Part shown: positions 57,277 through 64,000 of the stretch, one piece after another
How the letters are laid out: each line of letters opens with the position of its first letter
Position numbering within the stretch: the stretch's first letter is position 1
Assembly (NCBI GenBank): GCA_963796155.1
Contig: CAWCKT010000055.1
Coordinates: 20,442 to 84,441 of the forward strand
DNA from: an uncultured Alphaproteobacteria bacterium
GTDB lineage: Bacteria; Pseudomonadota; Alphaproteobacteria; ATCC43930; CGMCC-115725
Direction of reading: 5' to 3'
DNA: 64,000 bases
Notes under the pieces: generated by a model
What the model was told of the DNA's origin: nothing
Seen by the model: the letters and a program-made list of their open reading frames with translations, nothing else
The model's database searches: none
Program-made: the position numbers and the translations under genes

Positions 57277-58481
57277 GTGAAGGCGCTCGTGTTCCGGCAC
57301 AACCTCGCCCGCGAGGCGGCCTCGGCCATCGGCGGCCGCGTCGACCAGCGCGCCTTCGTCTCCCGCTTCGCGCCCGTCCGCATCGAGGACGTCGACGAAC
57401 TGCCCGCTTCCGGCGCCGGACTGGGTGCGGGTCGAGACGACCTTCTCGGGCCTGTGCGGCTCGGACGTGAAGCAGATCCTGCTGAACGGCGTCCCGCGAC
57501 AACCCGCTCACCGCGCTGGTGTCCTTCCCGCACGTGCTCGGGCACGAGGTGGTCGGGCGCCGCGCGGACACCGGCGAGCGCGTGGTGCTCAACCCGTGGC
57601 TGTCCTGCGTGCCCGCGCGGCATCGACCCGCCGTGCGCGGCCTGCCAGGCCGGCCGCTACCCGTGGTGCCGCAACTTCCGCTCGGGCGACCTGCCCGTCT
57701 CGATCCACCTCGGGAACTGCGCGGCGGCCGCCGGCGCGCACGCCGAGCGGTTCGCCGCGCACGTCTCGCAGCTGTTCGCCATCCCGGACGGGGTGTCCGA
57801 CGAGGCGGCCGTGCTGGCCGACCCGGTCAGCGTCTCGCTGCGCTCGATCCTGCTCGCGCCGCCGCGCTGACGGCCAGCCCGTCCTGGTCTACGGCTCGGG
57901 CACGCTCGCGTTCGCGGCGATCGCGCTGCTGCGCCACCTGTACCCGGCCACCGAGGTGTGGGCGGCGACGCGACCCGGCGCCCGGGCCGCGCTCGCGACC
58001 CGCCTGGGCGCGCACGCCGTGCTGTCCTCCTCGCCCGACGAGCTTGTCGCGCAGGTGGCGCGCCGCGTCGGCGCGACGCCGCTGCGAGCCGTGGAGCAAG
58101 CGCGACTGGCTGCAGGACGGCCCGGCCGTCGTCTACGACACGATCGGCTCGACCGAGACCGTCGAGACCTCGCTCCGGCTGCTCACGACCGGCGGCACGC
58201 TCGTGATCTCCGGCGTCGAGCCGCCGAAGCGCTTCGAGTGGACTCCGCTGTACTTCAAGGAGCTGCACGTCATCGGCTCGAACGGCTTCGGCATCGAGGA
58301 GGTGGGCGGCGTCGCCAAGCACGCCATGGAGCACTACTTCGACTTCGTCCCCGCCGGCCTCGACCTGACGCCGGTCATCACCCACCGCTTCCCGCTCGAG
58401 CGGTGGGACGAGGCGGTGCTGGCGGTGAAGGACTCGCGGCGCACCGGCGCGGTCAAGGTCCTGCTCGAGCCCGCGCGCTGA
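57277..58481 (+). pseudogene. Zn-dependent alcohol dehydrogenase (MDR family) readable only across five frame changes
   Basis: GAAGGAGG SD + GTG 57277. VETTFSGLCGSDVKQ (frame 2), FPHVLGHEVVG (frame 3), CPRGIDPPCAACQAGRYPWC (frame 1), VLVYGSGTLAFAAIALL (frame 2), VVYDTIGSTE...VITHRFPLERWDEAV (frame 3). Switches lie near 57405, 57493, 57610, 57868 and 58088. Confidence 0.75.
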
Positions 58482-58813
58482 GGCGTGACCGCTAGACCAT
58501 GGCCGGTACCTGCGATGTGGCCGGTACCTGCGATGCGGCCCATCTGGGGCCGATGCGCTTGACGGAGGTTCGAATCGGGGCGGGCAGCGTCGGGCTGAGC
58601 GGCAGCGGGCGATTGGCCACCAACTGGCCCGCAAGATGGCTTATTGTGGTCCGCAACGGCAGCCACGCCTGCCTGTTCCAGAAGCCGGAGCCTGCCCACG
58701 CCTGGCGCGGCGACGAGGACAAGGGTCCTGGGGACTCGCGTGCGATCTGCTCTTTCCTTGTCAGGATGTCTAGCAGGCAGGGGGCGTGGGGAACCTGCTT
58801 GGAGTGACGTCCC

Positions 58814-59585
58814 ATGACTCAAAACAAGGATCGCAAGGCGCAAATCCGGGCTCGAATGGCCGAGACCGGCGAACCGTACACTGAGGCGGCCCGTCGGCTC
58901 GCGCGCAGCGCAGCTGACCCAAGTAGTCCTGGTGCGCTGGGCTGCGCTCGCCCCAGGCAGGGTCCGCCGCCAGCCTAAGATGTTCTGTGGATTAACGGCC
59001 CCTCCGGAGGCGGCAAGACCACGACGGCCTATGAGCTGAACCGGCGGCTGCCGGGCAGTGTGGTGTGCGACCCGGAGCATGTCGGCTACGGCATGCACCA
59101 CATGTTGCCAGCTGCGCTGCGGAGCAACTGGTGGGACCTGCCGGCCCTGAGGCACAGCATCGTGGAGCTACTGCGCCTGACGCTGGCCGCCTGGGACGGC
59201 CCGGTGATCGTCCCGATGACGCTCGTGAACTCCGGCTACTTCCAGGAGGTCGTTGGCAGCCTGCGGGGCGATGGCTTGGCGGTGCACCACTTCGCCCTGC
59301 TAGCAGAGCCAGTGACGGTGCGGCGGCGGTTGGGCCGACGCAGCCTCGGAACGGAGCTCAAGCCGGGAAGCTGGGCGGTCGAGCACCTCAGCGAGCACCT
59401 CCAGCAGCTTCGCGCACCGAGTTCGCCCAGCACATCCACACGGACCAGCAGACCGTAGCGCAGGTAGCAACGCCGTCGCCAGCTCGGCAGGCCTGGCGAT
59501 CACGCCGTCCACCGACGGCCCGCTGCGAGCCTCGCTACGCCGGTATGCGACAAGCATCCGCCATATCCGGCCACCGATGTGGTGA
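58814..59585 (+). pseudogene. P-loop ATPase (TmrB/AAA_33-like) with an N-terminal MTQNKDRKAQIRARMAETGEPYTEAARRL module; in-frame TAA plus two frameshifts
   Basis: In-frame TAA at 58976-58978, then LWINGPSGGGKTTTAYEL. Frame changes near 59419 and 59475 are needed to read ...FAQHIHTDQQTVAQVA... and ...LAITPSTDGPLRASLRRYATSIRHI. Confidence 0.55.
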
Positions 59586-59811
59586 CCGCAGACGGCGCAT
59601 TGGCAGCCGGGGAAGGTAGCTCCGCGCAGCTTCGGCTGTGTGCCCTGGACCGTGAGGGATCTGCGGCGGCGATTTGGCCGAGTCGGCTGATGCCAGGCGC
59701 TGAGATGCCTTTCCGCTTGGACCAAGTGGCCGCCCCTGCGAAGGCTGCCTGCTGGAGCCCTTCTCAAGGATCCATGAAAGAAGCGTCGAAGCACCCCGGC
59801 CAGCAGCACGG

Positions 59812-60213
59812 CTACAAACAAACCGGCCAATGGCACGGCGATCGCACCAACAACGAGCTTCCTCCACCCACCATCACCAATGCTGCGGTAAACGCCATGC
59901 TCACGCCTGTGCCCGCGGCGGTCCCGCGTTGAATCACCTTCCTGTTATGTGATTCCCGGGCGGCCTCCGAGGGTTGGGTTTCTATCGGCCCGGCAGGGAT
60001 ATCAGCGGTGAGGGCGTCCAGTTCCGCATAGGTGGCGAGCGCTTGGCCGACCCGCTGGTCAAACTCGTCCTTGGTCAGCCGTCCTTGCACGAACGCGGCC
60101 TTGAGCGCGTCGAGCACCTGCCCGCGGTCGGCCCGCGACGCGATCAGGTGGCTGTCGCCTCTCACGCCTGCTGCTATCTCGTCTCCGGGCTCGACCACCT
60201 CGGTGCCTCCCAT
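59812..60213 (-). CDS. DUF1707-domain protein (actinobacterial type)
   Basis: ASRADRGQVLDALKAAFVQGRLTKDEFDQRVGQALATYAELDALTADIP. The C-terminal hydrophobic tail may continue in another frame (ORF 59300-59836), implying another frameshift. Confidence 0.7.
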   Translation of the reverse strand: MGGTEVVEPGDEIAAGVRGDSHLIASRADRGQVLDALKAAFVQGRLTKDEFDQRVGQALATYAELDALTADIPAGPIETQPSEAARESHNRKVIQRGTAAGTGVSMAFTAALVMVGGGSSLLVRSPCHWPVCL

Positions 60214-60393
60214 GAGTGCAACTTACACAAAGCGTAGCGCCTGGCCGCTCGGTTAGGCCCCGCTTGTCACCAACTCGCGGACCGTCTCGGCACCGCGCTG
60301 CGCATGCTCCGAGCCGGACCGTCCGAAGCGTCGTAGGCCAGGAGCATCCACCCGGTGTGCGTGACGACTGAGCTGTGTGGATCGGGCGAGCCT

Positions 60394-60470
60394 ACCTGCG
60401 GGTGGGGTGTCCGCGAGTGACCGTGACAGACCCTTCGTTACCGGGATTAATGGCACGCTAATGGCACGAC
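60394..60470 (+). repeat. 77-bp direct repeat, copy 1 (partner 62913-62989), ending in tandem TAATGGCACG decamers
   Basis: Hand alignment gives ~8 mismatches in 77. Decamers lie at 60448-60457 and 60459-60468. Confidence 0.8.
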
Positions 60471-60647
60471 ACCACGCCGAGGCTGGGCCGTCGGCGATCC
60501 GGGAAGCAGACTTGGCCGATTGTTGGCGCGGGCCTGATCCTGGTATCGACTAAGACTTTTCCGCAGAACCGCGGCTTTCCCTCCGCAGTCACAACCGCGC
60601 ATGCCGCACTACTCAGCGGCACGGCCAAGATCCAGTCGGGCCAAGTG

Positions 60648-61482
60648 CTATTCCTCACGCAGGGATGAAGGGAATCGGGGAGGATGTCGGGTTCGGCGCG
60701 TGCGTGATGGAGCTGCGGCGGCCACCCCCGCCAGGACGAGCACCCCGCCAGCGATGCTGGCCAGGGTCAGGTGCTCACCAAGGAAGGCGACCGCGCCGGC
60801 CACGCTGACCACGGGCTCGAGGTAGAGCAGCTTGCTGACGCGGGTGGTGCCGCCGGATAGCACGGCGCGGTTCCACAGCAGCATCCCGGCAACCGTGCTG
60901 CCGAGCGCCAGGAAGGCCAGTTCGCTCCACACCGCCGTCGACAGGTGCGACAGCCTCAGTACGGACAGCGTCCCGGCGAAGGCCAGGTAGGGGACAGCTC
61001 CCACGACGGTCGAGGCGGCCGTGGCCGGAACCGCTCCGAGTTCTTGGCTGAGCGGCCGCAGCACGATGGTGTACGCGCGAACGCCAGCGTACCGGCCAGC
61101 ACCAGCCCGGCCCCGGCGAGCACCCGGGTCCCGCCCGCGCCAGCCACCGGCCGGCCCGGCCAGCACGGTAACGCCGCCCAGGGCGACGGCACTGCCCAGC
61201 CAGGCCCTGGCGCCCGCGCGCTCGTGGAGGAACACTTTCGCCAGGATCATGACCCAGATGGGCTCGGTCGCCAGCAGCATCCCGGCCGTGGCCGCGGGCA
61301 GCCACTGCAGCCCTGCGGTGACCGGAAAGTTGTAACCGATCAGCCCAAGGGCGCCGGCGGCCAGCAGCCGGCCCAGGGAACGAGCCGCAGCCGCCGGAAG
61401 CCGGCATGGCCCAGGGCAGCAGCACCAGCGCGGCCACGGTCAGCCGGCGTGTCTGGCCGGGAGCAGGGCTGGAGCTGTTCAT
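60648..61482 (-). pseudogene. DMT/EamA-family transporter with at least two frameshifts
   Basis: C-terminal half LLATEPIWVMILAKVFLHERA...AYTIVLRPL...STVAGMLLWNRAV...YLEPVVSVAGAVAFLGEHLT. The N-terminal half is readable only by switching between the frames of ORFs 60775-61497 and 61340-61522. Confidence 0.6.
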
Positions 61483-61511
61483 GCACGCGACCATCATGCT
61501 GTAATGGCCTT

Positions 61512-62046
61512 ATGCAGTTCAATACTTACACATATGCCGGCGCGCACATCGCCGCGTGGCTGGTCAACCACCCCTCGCCCAGCGCGCCGGTCCTCGCCGA
61601 AACGTTGCACCACTACGACGTCCATGAACCGGCGGTATCCACCAGCCAGGTGCGAATACTGCTGCCCTGGGCGCACCGGCTGGGCGCCATCTTCGAAGCC
61701 GGCACCGTGGCCGAGAAAGCACAGCGCGCCGACGAACTGCTAGTCGCCGCTGACTGCCGCCCCCGGCTGGTCAGCCATGGCCTGGACCTGCCGTACCACT
61801 TTCACTACGCACCCGTTCGGACCGGCCTAGCTGCCCGGGTGAAAGCCCTCACCGCAGCCGGGCTGGCGCACGTGATCGACGACGGAGCCGGATCCCGCCT
61901 GCGGGCTTGCAGCCGTGCTGGATGCGGCACCGTTTTCATCGACACCTCGCGCAATGGGCGCCGCCACTATCTGCAGTGTCCGGTGCGCCAACCAGGTCAA
62001 CGTAGCCAACCACCGGCACCGCAAGCGCCTGGCACCGGCCCGCTAA
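61512..62046 (+). pseudogene. ABATE/CGNR zinc-finger protein with a frameshift near 61970
   Basis: LRACSRAGCGTVFIDTSRNGRRHY, then after a 1-nt shift CSVRCANQVNVANHRHRKR (CGNR-type motif) and a stop at 62044-62046. Confidence 0.65.
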
Positions 62047-62131
62047 CCTCCTGGCCGCGCATCATCGCTGCCGTAGGAGATAGATGACAGCTGCGTGGTA
62101 CGCCGTAGTACGGAAGAATATGCTTTTGGGT

Positions 62132-62418
62132 ATGACATCCCCAAGTGGGCGGCCGACTGATATCAGCGTCCGCCAGTTCGTGGCGGACTCCGGGGCCGTC
62201 ACGCGCGGTCTGCGGCAGGGGCGCGTGTACACACTGACGCTTAACGGCGAGCCGCTGGCGAGGATGATTCCGATCCGTCAGCGCCGGGCGGTTCCCAAGA
62301 CGAAGTCCTCGCGATCTTCGCTACGGCACCAGTGGTCAACGGGGACGAACTGCGTGCCGACCTGGACGAGGCCGTCAGCCAGGATCTACGCGACCCATAT
62401 GAAGGGACAGGCCTGTGA
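62132..62418 (+). pseudogene. Phd/YefM-type antitoxin (VapB position) with a frameshift near 62290-62298
   Basis: ISVRQFVADSGAVTRGLRQGRVYTLTLNGEPLARMIPI, then in another frame QDEVLAIFATAPVVNGDELRADLDEAVSQDLRDPYEGTGL*. The stop overlaps the vapC GTG (GTGA). Confidence 0.5.
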
Positions 62419-62837
62419 CGGCGCACGCCGCCGCCGTCGTAGAAACCAGCATCATCGCCGCGCTGAAGATCTACGATCCGTCCGAGCTACCCGACACGAT
62501 CTTGATTACGGCAGTAACGCTGGGCGAGTTGTCTTTCGGTCCGCACGCGACCGACGATCCGATCAAGCGGGCCGGGCGCGTGGCTGTGCTGCAGCATGTG
62601 GAGGCGACCTTCGATCCGCTTCCGTACGATCAGGGCGCGGCCAGGCTCTATGGCCAGATCTGTGCCGCGGTTCGCGCGGTGGGACGGGAGCCGCGCAGGC
62701 GGGCCTCGGGCTTGATGATCGCAGCGACGGCAGCCAGTAACCAGCTCCCGCTCTACACGGCCAACCCAGACGACTTCAAGGGCACTGAAGGCCTTGTCGA
62801 GGTGGTCGGCATCCAAGCCCGGCCGAACAATCTCTGA
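62415..62837 (+). CDS. vapC: PIN-domain toxin VapC
   Basis: 140 aa. ITAVTLGELSFG, LPYDQGAARLYGQI, LMIAATAASNQLPLYTANPDDF. Confidence 0.85.
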   Translation: MTAHAAAVVETSIIAALKIYDPSELPDTILITAVTLGELSFGPHATDDPIKRAGRVAVLQHVEATFDPLPYDQGAARLYGQICAAVRAVGREPRRRASGLMIAATAASNQLPLYTANPDDFKGTEGLVEVVGIQARPNNL

Positions 62838-62841
62838 GTAG

Positions 62842-62882
62842 AGCGGGTGACAGGAATCGAACCCGCACTATCAGCTTGGGAA
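62842..62882 (-). pseudogene. 3' fragment (anticodon loop to discriminator) of a tRNA-Gly(CCC)-like gene
   Basis: Reverse complement TTCCCAA-GCTGA-TAGT-GCGGG-TTCGATT-CCTGT-CACCCGC-T. The upstream 30 nt cannot form the acceptor, D or anticodon-stem partners (GCGGGTG needed, GCCGCAC found). Confidence 0.6.
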
Positions 62883-62912
62883 TCTGTGCTATCCGGGCTG
62901 TTGTGCGGCCTG

Positions 62913-62989
62913 ACCTGCGGTGCGGGGTGTCCGCGAGTAACCGTGAGAGACCCTTCGTCACCGGGGTTAATGGCACGCTAATGGCACGG
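62913..62989 (+). repeat. 77-bp direct repeat, copy 2, ~30 nt from the tRNA-Gly fragment
   Basis: See 60394-60470. Decamers TAATGGCACG lie at 62968-62977 and 62979-62988. Confidence 0.8.
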
Positions 62990-63028
62990 CGAACCGTGGT
63001 CCGACCCCGGCTGACCAGCGTGACCTAA

Positions 63029-63958
63029 GTGGCCATGGCTAATGCCTTGTCGATCATGATTCGCGTCGACCGCCCATGTGGGTACGCCAGACATTTTCTA
63101 TGCTCTGTAGGGATTTACGGCGCGGCCCTACGGAGAGATGATGCTTTGAGGCATCCCCAAGACAAAGCCCAGCTGAGTGGGAGGGAGCAGCGGACAATGG
63201 CCCATACGAGCCGATGCAGTGGGGCTAGGACGGATCGCTGTAACTGCTGTTGCTGCGGTCTTTTACACGGCGGCGGCCTAGGCTTCGGGCTGTCTTGGGC
63301 TAGTGCCCAAAGCACGAGCCTGGTTGGTTCGCCTGTCCGCATGGGTACGTCTCGGCGGGTATCCGGCAGACGCCGGACCACTATGGACAGCGCAATCGAC
63401 GAGATAAAGGACTGGCTGACCGGTGTGGCGGCAGACCTACCGACCACCAGTACTGCTGCCACGAGCCAGGCAATAGACGCTATAAGTGGCGCGGTCGCGA
63501 GCGCTATTGTCAATACGCTTAACCGAAATGGATACCGCTGGTCCCATGCTGATCATGTCCTGTGTGAATTCCTTGCCGCTACAGCGTGCGCGATGCAGAA
63601 GTTTCGGGATCAGTTCCAGCGCTACGTGGAGTATGTGGTTTCGGTGATCCTTGCCTCCCGTCGTGGGCAAAAGCGCCGAGTTATTCCTGAGCCGGTTGTA
63701 CATATGGCAGCCCAAGCGGCCGTGAACGCGCTTACGAAACTCTCACCTGCCCGTGAATTCGACGACCTGTTGAGAGCGATGCGAATCCTGGCGATCGCCA
63801 CGTGCCCGGCTCCAGAACACCATAAGGCTGTTGCCAACTGCTGCCTGAAGCCGATGGAGACATTCGTCTTGTCTAGCGTGACGAAGCAGGAACTGACACG
63901 GGCATTGCCGCGTGGATGGATGGGCTCTGACCCTCGGTCCACTACTTCATCGGGCTGA
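63029..63958 (+). CDS. Hypothetical protein; start uncertain (ATG candidates 63197, 63341, 63383)
   Basis: Long ORF with visibly lower GC than its neighbours and non-repetitive composition from MDSAIDEIKDWLTG onward. No family recognised. Confidence 0.4.
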   Translation: MAMANALSIMIRVDRPCGYARHFLCSVGIYGAALRRDDALRHPQDKAQLSGREQRTMAHTSRCSGARTDRCNCCCCGLLHGGGLGFGLSWASAQSTSLVGSPVRMGTSRRVSGRRRTTMDSAIDEIKDWLTGVAADLPTTSTAATSQAIDAISGAVASAIVNTLNRNGYRWSHADHVLCEFLAATACAMQKFRDQFQRYVEYVVSVILASRRGQKRRVIPEPVVHMAAQAAVNALTKLSPAREFDDLLRAMRILAIATCPAPEHHKAVANCCLKPMETFVLSSVTKQELTRALPRGWMGSDPRSTTSSG

Positions 63959-64000
63959 ACATGGCGGGCGCGACCTTCTGATCCGTAGTCACCCGTACCG

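Noticed and set aside
58501-58535. Tandem GGCCGGTACCTGCGATG(t/c) repeat as a CRISPR-like or minisatellite array.
   Set aside because: There are only two full copies with no spacers, so it is a trivial tandem duplication.
58555-58590. T-loop-like GGTTCGAATC suggesting a tRNA or tmRNA downstream of the ADH gene.
   Set aside because: No flanking sequences pair into T-stem, acceptor or anticodon arms.
58499-58807. 102-aa ORF between the ADH and the P-loop ATPase genes.
   Set aside because: No SD and no family signal. It contains the tandem repeat and has Gly/Arg-rich composition, so it is probably non-coding.
60300-60395. tRNA-like string GACGACTGAGCTGTGTGGA left of repeat copy 1, as a second tRNA remnant.
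   Set aside because: It resembles a D-arm/acceptor only loosely and cannot be folded. It is more likely chance, or a degenerate extension of the repeat.
62838-62915. A complete tRNA-Gly gene on the minus strand.
   Set aside because: Only the 3' ~41 nt fit the cloverleaf. The 5' acceptor strand would need GCGGGTG, but the sequence is GCCGCAC. The D-arm and the 5' strand of the anticodon stem (ACAGA vs required TCAGC) do not pair.

Overview
High-GC 64-kb window made of three parts. All family calls come from motif recognition by eye; no database search was run.

(1) 1-27.17 kb and 35.7-57.26 kb look like ordinary alphaproteobacterial (Hyphomicrobiales/Rhizobiales-like) chromosome. They carry lon (5'-truncated by the window), gpmI-ctpA-rppH, ctrA with convergent chpT, mobA-fdhD divergent from moaA-nadK, and alkB. 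They also carry two RND efflux pairs (adaptor + permease, no outer-membrane gene), a DsbD/TlpA-like redox pair, a TctC-type binding protein and several two-component genes.

(2) 27.18-35.79 kb, the window centre, is a decayed accessory island. It is bracketed by ~72-bp direct copies of the 3' end of an aldo/keto reductase gene. It holds a 1066-aa SAM-like/class III cyclase/P-loop STAND-type NTPase/TPR protein and a DUF433-DUF5615 toxin-antitoxin-like pair. It also holds an orphan Phd-like antitoxin with a truncated toxin stub, three diverged partial copies of a thiolase-like gene, two of them carrying the same 130-bp TA-flanked MITE, out-of-order fragments of an ADP-forming acyl-CoA ligase gene, and REP-like palindromes.

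(3) At ~57.26 kb an AmpD-like amidase gene is cut off. The sequence then switches to very GC-rich, actinobacterial-type genes: Zn-ADH, P-loop ATPase, DUF1707, EamA transporter, CGNR zinc-finger protein, VapBC, and a tRNA-Gly 3' fragment with att-like repeats. Most of these are riddled with frame disruptions, which suggests either a chimeric assembly or a decaying foreign insert.

No rRNA, intact tRNA, CRISPR array, integrase or transposase was recognised. Many long ORFs in the track are antisense or 5'-over-extended high-GC artefacts and were trimmed or ignored.
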